Of a stretch of 64,000 nucleotides of DNA, positions 42,522 to 53,376 are shown piece by piece. Position 1 is the first letter of the stretch. Each line of letters opens with the position of its first letter. The stretch spans positions 1,440,001 through 1,504,000 of the forward strand of contig CAWIAD010000001.1 of the NCBI GenBank assembly GCA_963833985.1, read 5' to 3'. The translations under genes were made by a program, and so were the position numbers. The notes under the pieces are model-generated. The model saw only the letters and a list, made by a program, of their open reading frames with translations, was not told where the DNA came from and did not search any database. The DNA comes from an uncultured Planctomycetaceae bacterium (GTDB taxonomy: Bacteria; Planctomycetota; Planctomycetia; Isosphaerales; Isosphaeraceae).

Positions 42522-45290
42522 ATGTTGCGCCGTCTGATCGTGCCGCTTGCATTGGTCCTGGCTGGTCTCTGCGGTCCTGGCGGTCCATGGAGCGTGGCGC
42601 GGGCCGGGGAGGATCCCCGCACCGCACTCAGGTTCGTCCGGGAGCTCCGCGACCACGGGCTGCACGAGCTGGCCCTCCAGTACATTGAAGCGTTGCGGCA
42701 CGAGTCAGGCTTGCCCGCGGAGGTCACTGCCGTCCTTGATTACGAGGAAGGGCGCACCGAGATCGACGAGGCCGCCAAGACGGGCGATCTGATGCATGGC
42801 CGCGAGCTGCTGGAACAGGCGCGATTGAAGCTCGAGAGCTTCATCAAGGCGAATCCGAACCACTCGCTGGCGCGTGAGGCGATGGTGCAGGAGGCACGGA
42901 TGCTCGTGCAGCGTGGCCATCTGGCGCTGCTGCTGGCCGACGACGCGCAGGATCCGGCCCAGAAATCGGCCCGGCGGGGCGAGGCACGCGCCGCGTTCTC
43001 GCAGGCCCGCGAGGCCTTCGCCCGGGCGGTCGCGCAACTGGACACGTCGTACAAGAGCTTTTCCGGTTTCATTCCCAAGGGCGATCCGCGGCTCGAGGAG
43101 CGTACGAAAATCTATTCCGCACTGCTGGATGCCAAACTTCAGCAAGCCGTGAGCATCTATGAGCTGGCCCAGACGCTTCCCGCCGGCTCCGGCGAGCGGA
43201 AAGCCCAGCTGGAGACGGCGGAGAAGCAGTTCGACGGTCTTTACAAGGACTACCGGACGCAGATGGCCGGCCTCACCGCGCAGATGTGGCAGGCCAAGTG
43301 CTACGAGGAAGAGGGCAAGATTGGCGAGGCCATCGGCATCTACAAGTCCCTGCTCGAGCAGCCCGACCCGGTGCTGCGGCCGCTCCAGCGGTTCGTGGGG
43401 TACTTTCACATCGTCGCCCTGGCGAAGCGCAAGGATCATGCGCTGGCGGCGGATGAGGCGGTTCGCTGGCTCGAGAAGTATTCCCGCCGCGAGGAGCGGC
43501 GATCCCAGGAGGGGCTGGGCGTGCTGCTGGAGCTGGCCAAGAATATTGATGCCCAGCTGACTCCCGCCACCGAGAAGGCCGAGCGCCAGCAGGCCGGCAA
43601 GCGAATCGTGGACGCGGTCTCGCAGGTCGTCCGCTACACCTCGCCGTACAAGAACGAGGCACTCGCCCTGCTGAAGAAGTACAAGCCGACGGCGGCTGCC
43701 CGCACCGAGGAACTGGCCCGGATGTCCTACGACGACGCCGTGAACCAGGCCGACGAATCCATTGCCTCTCGTGAGTGGGAGCGAGCCATCACGCTGCTCA
43801 AGGCCGCCGGTACCAAGGCGGAATCCGGCCGCGACGTCGACAAGCTGAACCGCTCGCGCTACAACCTCTCGTTCTGCTACTACATGAACAAGCAGTTCTA
43901 CGAATCCGACGTCCTGGCCGAGCACCTCGCCCGGCGCTATCCTCAGGGCGGTCTCTCGACCAAGGCGGCGGAGATCGGCATGCAGGCCCTGGCCGATGCC
44001 TACAATACCTATACTGAGATCGACCGCGGCAGCGATCTGGAGCGGCTCATTGACCTGGCCAGGTACACCGCGGAGACCTGGCCCGACCGCGAGCAGGCGG
44101 ACGACGCGCACATCAACCTGGGGATGATTCACCAGGGCCGTGGCCAGTACGATGAGGCCATCGCGCAGTTCACGGCGGTGCGTGACCGATCTCCCAAGAA
44201 GATCGAGGCTCAGACGCGCCTGGGGGCCGCTCATTGGGGCAAGAGCCGGCTGCTCGACCGCCGTGGCGACAAGGACAAGGCGGCCGCCGAGGCAGCCATT
44301 GCCATCGACATCCTGGAGAAGAGCCTCAAGGCCCGTGAGACCGCCGGCGCAGGGCGTAACGATGCCGGCCTGGTGGGTAACGCCGCGGACCTTGCCGTGG
44401 CCCTCACCGAGACCGGCAAGCCGGCTGACGCCCTCAAGCTGCTTGACCCGATCAATCGTGCGCAGACCTCGAAAACGGGCGCGGCCTACTCCCACCTGCT
44501 GGAAGCCACCTTGCTGGCCCAGGTCAACACGGGGCAGGTGGAGCCGGCCATCAGCACCATGAAAGCGCTCGAGCAGACCGGTGCTTCAGCCACCCGTGGC
44601 TCGCTCTACTCGAAGCTGGGCAAGCTGCTGGAGCGCGAGGTGGAACGGCTCCGCGCCTCGAAGAACAGCACGGCGCTGAACCGCGTCCAGACGACGTACA
44701 AGCAGTTCCTCATCGCGCTCAGCGAGAGCAAGGCGGCGCAGACGTTCGAGCTGCTACAGTGGGCCGCGGAGTCGCTGCTGACTCTGGATGCGGCTGCCGA
44801 GGCCGAGAAGGTGCTGCGCACGGTGATCGCCGACGCTGCCGACCCCGCCTTTCTGGGCAGCGGGGGAAAGGACCGCCTGATGCGCACCAAGCTGAAGCTG
44901 GCCGACGCGCTGCGGCTTCAGGGGCTCAAGGATCGGAAGAAGCTGGATGAGGCGGCCTCGCTGGTGGATGAATTGCTCTCCCAGTATCCGCGATACCTGG
45001 ACCCGCTGGTCGCCCGGGGGATGCTGCTGGAATCCCAGGCGAAGGCCGGCCAGGGTGAATGGTCCGCGGCGCTGGCGCACTGGCAAGACCTGGCGCAGAA
45101 GCTCTCCCGGACACGGCCGCGGCCCGTATCGTACTTCGACGCCTGGTATCACGCGGCCTACTGCATGCACCAGCAAAAGGCCGACGTCAAGGCGCGCCAG
45201 ATCCTCAACGGCATCATGCGGCTCAACCCCGGCGTTGGCAGTCCGGAGATGCTCGCACGATATCAAAAGTTGCTCAGCAGTATGAAATAG
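42522..45290 (+). CDS. Large secreted TPR/alpha-solenoid protein
   Basis: Signal peptide ending ARA; about 920 aa of helical repeats. Confidence 0.85.
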   Translation: MLRRLIVPLALVLAGLCGPGGPWSVARAGEDPRTALRFVRELRDHGLHELALQYIEALRHESGLPAEVTAVLDYEEGRTEIDEAAKTGDLMHGRELLEQARLKLESFIKANPNHSLAREAMVQEARMLVQRGHLALLLADDAQDPAQKSARRGEARAAFSQAREAFARAVAQLDTSYKSFSGFIPKGDPRLEERTKIYSALLDAKLQQAVSIYELAQTLPAGSGERKAQLETAEKQFDGLYKDYRTQMAGLTAQMWQAKCYEEEGKIGEAIGIYKSLLEQPDPVLRPLQRFVGYFHIVALAKRKDHALAADEAVRWLEKYSRREERRSQEGLGVLLELAKNIDAQLTPATEKAERQQAGKRIVDAVSQVVRYTSPYKNEALALLKKYKPTAAARTEELARMSYDDAVNQADESIASREWERAITLLKAAGTKAESGRDVDKLNRSRYNLSFCYYMNKQFYESDVLAEHLARRYPQGGLSTKAAEIGMQALADAYNTYTEIDRGSDLERLIDLARYTAETWPDREQADDAHINLGMIHQGRGQYDEAIAQFTAVRDRSPKKIEAQTRLGAAHWGKSRLLDRRGDKDKAAAEAAIAIDILEKSLKARETAGAGRNDAGLVGNAADLAVALTETGKPADALKLLDPINRAQTSKTGAAYSHLLEATLLAQVNTGQVEPAISTMKALEQTGASATRGSLYSKLGKLLEREVERLRASKNSTALNRVQTTYKQFLIALSESKAAQTFELLQWAAESLLTLDAAAEAEKVLRTVIADAADPAFLGSGGKDRLMRTKLKLADALRLQGLKDRKKLDEAASLVDELLSQYPRYLDPLVARGMLLESQAKAGQGEWSAALAHWQDLAQKLSRTRPRPVSYFDAWYHAAYCMHQQKADVKARQILNGIMRLNPGVGSPEMLARYQKLLSSMK

Positions 45291-45379
45291 CGGGTTGTGG
45301 GCAATGGGCGGAGGGACGTGTGGGGAGACGCTTCGGAATCGGTCGTTGCGACCGGATGGCCGGGATGGAAGTCAGAAAC

Positions 45380-46447
45380 ATGACATCACACTTCAGAGTT
45401 ATTCTTTGCGTGCAAACACGGATGCCGGGCTTCGCCCTCGTGGCTGCGCTCCTGCTGGCGGGTGCGGCACGAGCCGACGAGGTGATGCTGGTGCCGGGAT
45501 CCACGGTCAAACAGGCCATCGGCGGCAGGGTGCGCGGGCAGGTGCAGTCGGAATCGCCGAGCGAGGTGGTGGTCAAGCTGGGATCGAGTACGACGACGGT
45601 TCCGACCGATCAGATCGTCTCCATCCGCTATGACGGCCAGCCGGCGACCTTGCAGCTCGCCGAGACGCGCGAGGCCGCAGGACAGCTCGCCGAGGCGGCA
45701 GCGCTCTTCAAGAAAGCCGCGGGCGAGGCCGGCGATAAACCGTATGTCACACAAACGGCCCAGTACCGCGAGGCCGCGGCGCTCGCCGACCTGGCACTCG
45801 TCGAGCCCGAACGCGCACGGGACGCCAGGGACCACCTGGCCCGGTTCGTGCGGGATCATCCGACCAGCCGGCACATCATTCCCGCACGCGAGGACCTGGC
45901 CCGGCTCCAGTTGAACATGGGCGATTACACGGGCGCGGAAGCCACCATCGCCGCCCTGGCCAGGTTGCCAAGGGCCGCCGAACGGGCGGGCGTTCTGCGG
46001 GCCAAGGTGCTTGCCAAGCAGGGAAAGCATGACGAGGCCGTCGCCGAGCTGGACCGGTTGATCGCAACGTTCCCCGATCGCTCGGCCGGCCAGCGCGAGG
46101 CGCGGTTGGCGAAGGCCGAGAGCCTGGCCGGCCTGAAGAAATACAAGGAGGCCGAGAGCCTTGTGCGTCAGGTCATCGCGGCCGCTCCCGCCGAGGACAT
46201 CGCGGCCGAGTCCGCCGCGTACAACACCCTGGGTGATTGCCTGCGGGCGGACAATCGCCCCAAGGATGCCCTGCTCGCCTACCTGCACACCGACCTGCTG
46301 TATGGCAAGGACAAGCTGGAGCATCCCCGGGCGCTCTTCCAGATCGAGAAGTTGTTCCGCCAGCTCAAGCAAGACGGCCGTGCTGATGAGTACGCCCAGC
46401 GCCTGCGGCAGGAATATCCCCGCAGCCCCTGGCTCACTGCCAAATAG
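45380..46447 (+). CDS. Secreted TPR protein (YbgF/BamD-like repeats)
   Basis: ARA-D signal cleavage site, small beta domain, TPRs ending LRQEYPRSPW. Start uncertain. Confidence 0.85.
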   Translation: MTSHFRVILCVQTRMPGFALVAALLLAGAARADEVMLVPGSTVKQAIGGRVRGQVQSESPSEVVVKLGSSTTTVPTDQIVSIRYDGQPATLQLAETREAAGQLAEAAALFKKAAGEAGDKPYVTQTAQYREAAALADLALVEPERARDARDHLARFVRDHPTSRHIIPAREDLARLQLNMGDYTGAEATIAALARLPRAAERAGVLRAKVLAKQGKHDEAVAELDRLIATFPDRSAGQREARLAKAESLAGLKKYKEAESLVRQVIAAAPAEDIAAESAAYNTLGDCLRADNRPKDALLAYLHTDLLYGKDKLEHPRALFQIEKLFRQLKQDGRADEYAQRLRQEYPRSPWLTAK

Positions 46448-46461
46448 CCTGATGGAACAGG

Positions 46462-47718
46462 CTACAGCGCCGGTTCCCCGGTCACGGCAAAGGGAAGCAC
46501 GGCCTGGCTGACCGGGCCGGGCGCAACCACCGCCTGCCGGCTGCCGCCCGGGCTCGCTGCGGCCCGTCCTGAACGGCCGTGGATCGGCTGCCGGTGACCT
46601 TTTGGAGGAACCACGAGCCGCAGTACCACGCCGACGGCCGAGCAGAAGCGCTGGAGCCGGCGGGCAGGCAGGGTTGAGCTTGACCTGAGATGACGGAGCA
46701 AGTAGCTGGCCTTCCCGGTGGCGAGAATCAGGCGGCTGTGCTGATGGGGCAGAGGACTGTCCGCGGCCGTGCCGCTAGGCGTGTGCCGCTGGCATCCTGA
46801 CGCGCTATAGCCGTTGGCGCGAAGCCACTTTCCGCAAAGACCTTCCAGCAGGGCCAGATCTCCCGGCGCGAAATCGGTCCGCCAGCAGACGCTGCCGCCG
46901 GGACGCAGGTGGTTCCAGTGCAGGAGAGTGACCGGATCGCAGATCTGGTGGTTCGAGGGCGCGTTCAGGTCGATTCCAGCGGTGACCAGGCGACGCCGCA
47001 GCGTCTCGATCCGCGCCCGGTTCGAGTCCCAGGAGTACTCCTCGGCGATCTGGGCAGCCTGTCGGCGCGTGACGCCAAGACCCAGATGGCGCGCGAGCTG
47101 AACCACGGCCGTGACCGGATCGAGGATGAGTTCCTCGTAGCGCTGGATGAGCACCCGGGGCTGGGCTCGCCAGAAGCGGTCATTGGCCAGGATCTGGTGG
47201 ATCATGCCCCGGCGGATCAGCTCAGAAGACGTCAGGCTTTGCTTGTGGCCGAGCGAGCAGACGACATCGCGAATGTCGCGATACGCGTAGACGGCCAGTG
47301 CTTCTCCGGAGGCGAGCATGCGGGTGAAGTGCCGGTCGCCCTCGTGTGACTTGAGCACGGCCCACCGGGGCCGGTGGTCGGCCTGGCCGTCTGGTCCGGA
47401 GCACCGGGCCGCCTGCGCCGTGTAAGCGGCTCCGGTGAGATAGCCAAGCCGTCGGCCGCCGAGATGGTGCTCGAGGAGATGAGCGACGACGGCATACTGC
47501 CAGGTCGAGCACGCCCGGTACATTCCTCCGCAGATCACAAGCTGCGTCAACGGCCGGTGGCTGGCTCCGTACCGCAGGCCGCGATGCCACGAGCGATGCG
47601 CACAGTGGTCACGCATGGTATGAGCATGGGAGGGCCGCAAGTGCGGACCTGGAACACGTGAGCCCGTATCCGAGAACGGCCCGGGACCGAAATCCGCCCG
47701 GCCATGGTTCGCCGTCAA
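46462..47718 (-). CDS. Sulfotransferase-domain protein
   Basis: GGMYRACSTW (5'-PSB-like), LKSH, YRDIRDVVCS (3'-PB), RYEEL. Start uncertain. Confidence 0.75.
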   Translation of the reverse strand: MTANHGRADFGPGPFSDTGSRVPGPHLRPSHAHTMRDHCAHRSWHRGLRYGASHRPLTQLVICGGMYRACSTWQYAVVAHLLEHHLGGRRLGYLTGAAYTAQAARCSGPDGQADHRPRWAVLKSHEGDRHFTRMLASGEALAVYAYRDIRDVVCSLGHKQSLTSSELIRRGMIHQILANDRFWRAQPRVLIQRYEELILDPVTAVVQLARHLGLGVTRRQAAQIAEEYSWDSNRARIETLRRRLVTAGIDLNAPSNHQICDPVTLLHWNHLRPGGSVCWRTDFAPGDLALLEGLCGKWLRANGYSASGCQRHTPSGTAADSPLPHQHSRLILATGKASYLLRHLRSSSTLPARRLQRFCSAVGVVLRLVVPPKGHRQPIHGRSGRAAASPGGSRQAVVAPGPVSQAVLPFAVTGEPAL

Positions 47719-47911
47719 CCTGCGCCTCCCATTCCACGGCTGGAGCCGACAGGGCCCCGCGCGCGGGCGAAATGAAGCTTGAAGGGAAGCGATTTCTACC
47801 CGAAACCCCCGGTTCCGGCCATCTGAGTTTCAAGGAAAAACGGGAGCCGAGACACGGGAGCCGGGACGATTTGAGGAGGCCGACTCGTGGTCAGGCTCGG
47901 TCCAGGCTGGC

Positions 47912-48154
47912 TTATCTGTTCCCGCGCGGGCGGGGCTTGGCGGGCAATGTTGGCCAGTAGATGAGGATGGTGCCCACCAGCCACATCACGAAGCCAGCCC
48001 CCACGCCCGTCCAGATCTGTCTGGAGGAAAAGTGGCCGGGAAGCGGTGCCCCGTGGGAATCGGTACCGGATCGCAGGGCCTGCGCCAGGATACCGAGGAC
48101 CTCGACGGCAAGGCCGATCAGACGCACGATTTGACCAGCAAAGCGTTTCGTCAT
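47912..48154 (-). CDS. Small two-TM hypothetical protein
   Basis: MTKRFAGQIVRLIGLAVEVLGI...WTGVGAGFVMWLVG. Confidence 0.6.
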   Translation of the reverse strand: MTKRFAGQIVRLIGLAVEVLGILAQALRSGTDSHGAPLPGHFSSRQIWTGVGAGFVMWLVGTILIYWPTLPAKPRPRGNR

Positions 48155-48200
48155 GCTTCTGACCGGCCTTTCCGGAGGAGCCTGGTATCTATCAAAGATT

Positions 48201-49556
48201 CTAGATCTTCGGCAGTTCGAATCCCTGACGAGCTTCCCGAGCCAGCAGATTGTTGGCTTCGAGATCGTGCTTGAACGTCTCGGTTTCGACGTCCCAGGCG
48301 AGCTTGCGTCCAACCTTGAGGGCAATGTTGCCCAGATGGCACGTGTTGGTGGAACGATGGGCGATCTCGATGTCGCTCGTGGGCCGGGCGCGACTCCTGA
48401 GACAGTCCAGGAAATTGCGGACATGGGCATTCTGCCCGTCAACTCCACCGGCCTTTTCGGGCTTGAGATCGATCTTGCGCACCGGGCGGTCGCCGTGCAC
48501 GAGCTTGATGCCGTAGGGCAGGACGGTGTGGTCGGGAATGACCTCGAATCCGCTGCGGTCCAGCATCAGGCTGCCGTCGGTGCCGCAGAAGAGGATGCCG
48601 TAATCATGGCCGTTGAAGCGCAGGCCGTTGCCCTTGCGCATCGAGTAGGTCAGCGTGGTGCCGGGGAACTCATAAATGACCTGGAGTGTGTCGGGCGTGT
48701 CCCGGTCATCGTCGGTGGTGAAGATGCCGCCGGTGGACGAGACCGTCTGAGGCCCTTTGGCATCGAGCGCCCAGAGGACGATGTCGTTGAGATGCACGCC
48801 CCAGTCGCTCATCATGCCGCCGGCGTAGTCGAAGAACCAGCGGAAGAGCAGGTGGAACCGGTTCGGATTGAAGGCCCGCTTGGGCGCGGGACCCAGCCAG
48901 CGATCGTAATCGACGTACGAGGGCGCCTCACTGTCCGGATACCGGCCCATTCCTGTCGGGCTGATGTTCTCGTAATTCCAGGTCTGCACCCAGAAAACCT
49001 TGCCAAGCTTCCCCGAGCGCACGATCTCGACGGCTCTCTGGAAGTGAGTGGACGATCGCTGCTGCGTACCCACAGCCATGATCTTGTTGTATTTCCGCGC
49101 CGCGGCAAGCATGGCCTTGCCCTCGGCGACGTTGTGGCCGACCGGCTTTTCCACGTAGACATCCTTGCCTGCCATCACCGCCTGGATCGCCGGCAGGGCG
49201 TGCCAGTGATCCGGAGTGGCAATGATCACCGCGTCAATATCCTTGCGATCGAGCATGCCACGATAATCGCGTGCGGTCTCGGGGGTATTCCCCTTCTCTT
49301 TCTTCACGCGTTCCGCGGTCTCGCCGGCGTGCCGGTCGTCCACGTCGGCAATTGCGACCAGCTCCACGTCGGCCTGGGGCAGGAATGAGTCGAGCAACTG
49401 GCCTCCGCGGCTGCCCGAGCCAATGATACCCAGCCGGACCTTGTCGGCAGCCCAGGCCCCGGCGCGAACCGCCGGCGCCCCCAGGGCCGAAACGGCGCCC
49501 GCGGACACTCCCACTGCTTCCACGAACCCGCGCCTCGTCAAACCTTCGCTCGCCAT
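48201..49556 (-). CDS. Tat-exported Gfo/Idh/MocA oxidoreductase
   Basis: TRRGF Tat motif, GIIGSGSRG, IATPDHWH, VYVEKP, DWGVHLND. Confidence 0.93.
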   Translation of the reverse strand: MASEGLTRRGFVEAVGVSAGAVSALGAPAVRAGAWAADKVRLGIIGSGSRGGQLLDSFLPQADVELVAIADVDDRHAGETAERVKKEKGNTPETARDYRGMLDRKDIDAVIIATPDHWHALPAIQAVMAGKDVYVEKPVGHNVAEGKAMLAAARKYNKIMAVGTQQRSSTHFQRAVEIVRSGKLGKVFWVQTWNYENISPTGMGRYPDSEAPSYVDYDRWLGPAPKRAFNPNRFHLLFRWFFDYAGGMMSDWGVHLNDIVLWALDAKGPQTVSSTGGIFTTDDDRDTPDTLQVIYEFPGTTLTYSMRKGNGLRFNGHDYGILFCGTDGSLMLDRSGFEVIPDHTVLPYGIKLVHGDRPVRKIDLKPEKAGGVDGQNAHVRNFLDCLRSRARPTSDIEIAHRSTNTCHLGNIALKVGRKLAWDVETETFKHDLEANNLLAREARQGFELPKI

Positions 49557-49834
49557 GTTCACCACCTTTTCCGGAATGGCCCGCCTCCCGTCCGGCGCAT
49601 CGCACGTCAGCGACCGGTTTCCATTGCCGATCGTACCGGTAGGCGAACGCGAATGCCAGTAAGCGTCGACGTACGTTCTGGATGAACCGATGGGCAGGAA
49701 CCATACCCTGCAAGGGAAGCCGCATTCTCACTTTACTTGCGCGTATGCCAAGGGAATCGGACCCATGGCGCAGGGCAGCCTCTCCGGATGCCTCGCATGT
49801 TATTGGCTTCAAATCTTGAGAAGTGGTATGCCAG

Positions 49835-49850
49835 CGGCACGCGGCGTGCG
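49835..49850 (+). promoter_or_regulatory. Putative sigma54 -24/-12 promoter of the 51265 gene (now separated from it by the IS)
   Basis: CGGCACGCGGCGTGCG = GG-N10-GC. Confidence 0.45.
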
Positions 49851-49921
49851 TTCGAGGGATGGCCACGGCCGCTGTGGCCGGCTGCCAGTGATCCTGACCA
49901 TCACGCGGGCTCCCCTTTCAG

Positions 49922-51207
49922 CAGGGCCAGCGCGGCACTTTAGGCAGGCTTGGTAGGATGTAGGGGTTGCGCTTTGTGCCGTTTATTTGTATACCTCTCC
50001 GTGTGTGACATCGCTCCCGGCACACGGAGAATCCGCCATGGCAGATCATCGACGTGTCTCTTTGGATGAGGTTGTGGCCCACTTTCAGCAATTGGAGGAT
50101 CCACGCTCGACCATCAATCAGCGACATCCCCTGGTCAGTGTACTGGTTATCGCCTTGCTGGCGGTGCTCGCCGGTGCCGCCGGGCCAACCGCGATCGCGC
50201 GCTGGGCATCCCTGAAGCAGGAGCTTCTCCTTCAGGTGCTCGAGTTGCCCAACGGCGTGCCGCGCAAGGATGTCTTCCGCCGCGTCCTCATGATGCTGAA
50301 GCCGGCCGCCTTCCAGGCCTGCTTTGCCAGTTGGTTGCAGTCGTTGCGTACGGCGGCGATCGCGGCGACCGGCGTGGAGCAACCCATCCTGGCTGTGGAC
50401 GGCAAGACGGTGCGACGCAGCCACGACCACAAGAACGGTCTGGGTGCCCTGCATTCGGTCACCGTCTGGGCCAGCGAGTTCGGCCTCTCGCTGGGTCAGG
50501 TGGCCTGCGACGAAAAATCGAACGAAATCACGGCCATTCCCGAGCTTTTGAGGCTGGTGGACATCAAAGGGGCGATCATCACCATCGACGCGATGGGCAC
50601 TCAGAAGGCAATCGCAGCGGAGATCATCAAGGGCAAGGCCGACTTTGTGCTGGCGCTGAAGGGGAACCAAGAGACGCTGCATCAGGCGGTCATCGATTAC
50701 ATCGACAAGCAACTCGATGGAGACATCTCCGATGCGCAAGAACATGTAACGAATGAGCGTGGACATGGGCGTGAGGAGATGCGAACCTATCTCCAGCTCC
50801 CGGCCCCCAAGGAGCTGCCCGGCTTCGATCTGTGGGCGGGACTGAAGTCGATCGGGGTGGTGACGTCGCGCTGCCTTCGGGACGGGAAGGAATCTGTCGA
50901 AGTCCGCTACTACATCAGCAGTCTGGCCCTGGATGTGAAAACCTTCGCCCGAGCCGTTCGTGGGCACTGGGGTATCGAGAACAGCTGTCACTGGACGCTG
51001 GACATGAGCTTTCGCGAGGACGAATCGCGGCTCCGCGAGCGGCGGTTGAGAGAGAATTTCGCGTGGCTGAACCGCTTCGCGTTGTCGCTCTGCAAACAGC
51101 ATCCTGGACGCCAAAGCGTCGTGATGAAGCGCCGGAGTTGCGGTTGGAGCGATACCTTCTTGATGGAAGTCGTTACTGGATCTACATGTTAGTGTGCGCT
51201 GGCCCTG
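49922..51207 (+). mobile_element. Complete ISAs1-family insertion sequence (1286 bp)
   Basis: Terminal IRs CAGGGCCAGCGC / GCGCTGGCCCTG. 10-bp target duplication CCCCTTTCAG at 49912-49921 and 51208-51217. Confidence 0.96.
50038..51192 (+). CDS. ISAs1-family DDE transposase
   Basis: DPR, AVDGKT, KSNEITAIP, TIDAMGTQ, LKGNQ, RGHWGIENSCHWTLD. Confidence 0.96.
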   Translation: MADHRRVSLDEVVAHFQQLEDPRSTINQRHPLVSVLVIALLAVLAGAAGPTAIARWASLKQELLLQVLELPNGVPRKDVFRRVLMMLKPAAFQACFASWLQSLRTAAIAATGVEQPILAVDGKTVRRSHDHKNGLGALHSVTVWASEFGLSLGQVACDEKSNEITAIPELLRLVDIKGAIITIDAMGTQKAIAAEIIKGKADFVLALKGNQETLHQAVIDYIDKQLDGDISDAQEHVTNERGHGREEMRTYLQLPAPKELPGFDLWAGLKSIGVVTSRCLRDGKESVEVRYYISSLALDVKTFARAVRGHWGIENSCHWTLDMSFREDESRLRERRLRENFAWLNRFALSLCKQHPGRQSVVMKRRSCGWSDTFLMEVVTGSTC

Positions 51208-51264
51208 CCCCTTTCAGATCACGCTGCAAGACCCCGCGACTCTCCAGAGCTTCAAGAGGAAGAC

Positions 51265-53307
51265 ATGCAACAAAGAAAGCGCAATCGCATGGCCTTTCGC
51301 CCATGCGCTGATCCCTTTAATTTGGAGGATCGGACGGTTCTCAGCGCGGCCGGCGGTGGCGTGCCGGCGGCAATCGCCGAGATCGCCGCGCGGGCTGCGG
51401 CGCTGAGGTCGCACGCGCAGGTGGGCGGCATGATCAGCCCGTACGCCGCTTCATCGCAGGTCTCATCGCCGACTTCATCAACTCAACAATCCACGGTGTC
51501 CTCCGTGACGTCTCGTTACAGCCTTTTCCAGAGCTACAGCAGCCGGTTTCAGGCCGCGGCGAACGACCTCAAGAGCTACCTGGGCAGCCAGATCACCCAG
51601 CTCTACGCCAGCGGCCAGCCATCGTCGGCCCAGCTCAATAACCTTCAGCTCCAGGTCATCGGCGCGATGGATGCCACGACGCTGCGGGTATCCAGCCAGA
51701 TCGGACTTCTGCCGGGTTCCAGCTCGCTGGTCTCCGGCGTGCAGGACGCTTTCCTGGCCAACAACGGCGTCAGCCTGGTCGATCGTTTGAACGGCATCGT
51801 TGGCTACGGCGCGTTCAACGCCTCGGCCTCCCGGTTGACCTCGGTCCTGAACTCGGTGATCAACCGCGAAGTGAGTGGGTTGACCTCCTCGTTCGAGAGC
51901 TTTCTCAGGAATGCGCCCGTCTACCGGATGGCGACCGACCAGACCGGACAGATCGTGCCCATCCAGCAGTACATGGCGCAGCAGGCGGTGAGTCACTTCA
52001 CCAATGCCTTCGGCGCCCTGGCGCAGGGCTACCCCACGGTGGCCAGCGCCCTGCTTTTCCCTGGTGGCGCGACCTCGGCGACGCCACAGCTTGAGCAGTC
52101 GCTTCAGACCCAGACCCTGAACGCGCTGAGCGCTGTGAACTATCAACTGGCAGGCGATCTCTCGGTCCTCTCGAACGTCCAGCCGGGCCTGGCGCAGCAG
52201 CTTCAGCAGGCGTTTTACGGCGCGTCGGGGGATCCCAGCCTCTATTCGGTCCTCTCTGCCCTGCCGGCCACGAGTACGGGATTCACGCAAGCAGCCACGA
52301 GCGCGTTCAGTACGTCATTTCAGAATATTGCCGGCATGCTCAATACCTCACTCGGCCTCACTCCGAGCAGTAGTCCCACGCTGCCCACCGGGCAGACTCA
52401 GGGGATCTTCGGCAACTCCTACAGTAATTACGGTGCCGGATTCAACAATGGATTCGGCAACGGATTCTACGGCTTCGGCACCGCGCCAGCGGCCAACTCA
52501 GCGTACTTCACTGGCTTCAACTCCGGGTTCTATGGCCTGAACAACAGCCTGAACACGAGCTTCGGCTTCACCTTACCGACCTTAACGGGCAGCGGCACCG
52601 GCACCACCGGGACTGGGACCACGGGTACTGGGACGACGGGCATCGGGACCACCGGCACGGGCACGACGGGCACCGGGACCACGGGCATCGGGACCACCGG
52701 CACGGGCACCACGGGCACAGGGACCACGGGCACGGGCACCACGGGCACAGGGACCACGGGCACAGGCACGACGGGCATCGGGACCACGGGCATCGGGACC
52801 ACGGGGGCGGGAACGACGGGTCTCGGCAATGGGACCAGCGGGACGGCCACGGTAACGGGCACCGGTCTGGGAGCCGTCGGGACGGGTACCGGCGTTGGCG
52901 GAACGGGACTCACGGGTACTGGCGCCGCGGGGACCGGCACGGGCACGGGCCTCGGTGGCCTGGGCACCGGAACCGGTCAGGGCGGCCTCGGTACCACGGG
53001 CACCGGCGCGGTGGGTACAGGCACTGGAACCGGGCTGGGAGGCATCGGTACGGGCACAGGTCTCGGCGGACTGGGAACGGGCCTGGGGACCTCAGGAGCA
53101 GGAGCAGGCACCGGAACGGGAACCATCGGCGCTGGGACCACGGGCACCGGCACGTCCACGACCGGTACCACAACGGGGACAACCGGCATCGGTTCAGTTG
53201 GCGCGGGTTCTGGTACGTCGGGGCCCGGAACCGCGGGGACAGGCCTTGGGACCGGGCTCTCGGGCACGGGTCTCGGCACGGGAGGCATCGGCAGCGGCGG
53301 GCTCTGA
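51265..53307 (+). CDS. Exported LEDRTVL-motif protein with a Gly/Thr repeat C-terminus
   Basis: Basic leader + LEDRTVLS; helical S/Q/A-rich body; [14 protein letters not shown]; about 240 aa Gly/Thr tail. Confidence 0.85.
   Translation: MQQRKRNRMAFRPCADPFNLEDRTVLSAAGGGVPAAIAEIAARAAALRSHAQVGGMISPYAASSQVSSPTSSTQQSTVSSVTSRYSLFQSYSSRFQAAANDLKSYLGSQITQLYASGQPSSAQLNNLQLQVIGAMDATTLRVSSQIGLLPGSSSLVSGVQDAFLANNGVSLVDRLNGIVGYGAFNASASRLTSVLNSVINREVSGLTSSFESFLRNAPVYRMATDQTGQIVPIQQYMAQQAVSHFTNAFGALAQGYPTVASALLFPGGATSATPQLEQSLQTQTLNALSAVNYQLAGDLSVLSNVQPGLAQQLQQAFYGASGDPSLYSVLSALPATSTGFTQAATSAFSTSFQNIAGMLNTSLGLTPSSSPTLPTGQTQGIFGNSYSNYGAGFNNGFGNGFYGFGTAPAANSAYFTGFNSGFYGLNNSLNTSFGFTLPTLTGSGTGTTGTGTTGTGTTGIGTTGTGTTGTGTTGIGTTGTGTTGTGTTGTGTTGTGTTGTGTTGIGTTGIGTTGAGTTGLGNGTSGTATVTGTGLGAVGTGTGVGGTGLTGTGAAGTGTGTGLGGLGTGTGQGGLGTTGTGAVGTGTGTGLGGIGTGTGLGGLGTGLGTSGAGAGTGTGTIGAGTTGTGTSTTGTTTGTTGIGSVGAGSGTSGPGTAGTGLGTGLSGTGLGTGGIGSGGL
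52600..52824 (+). repeat. 15 tandem 15-bp units encoding GTTG(T/I/A/L)
   Basis: Counted from the translation; third codon positions vary between units. Confidence 0.92.
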
Positions 53308-53341
53308 ACCGCCGGTTTGCACCGGAGCGTGATCTGTTGAG

Positions 53342-53376
53342 AGACTCCCGGCCTGGGCTCATCGGGCTGGGAGTCT
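53342..53376 (+). terminator. 12-bp hairpin downstream of the Gly/Thr protein gene
   Basis: AGACTCCCGGCC-N11-GGCTGGGAGTCT; weak U tract. Confidence 0.5.

Noticed and set aside
52530..53288. Antisense (PVVPV)n ORFs
   Set aside because: Reverse complement of the Gly/Thr repeat; no independent start context.
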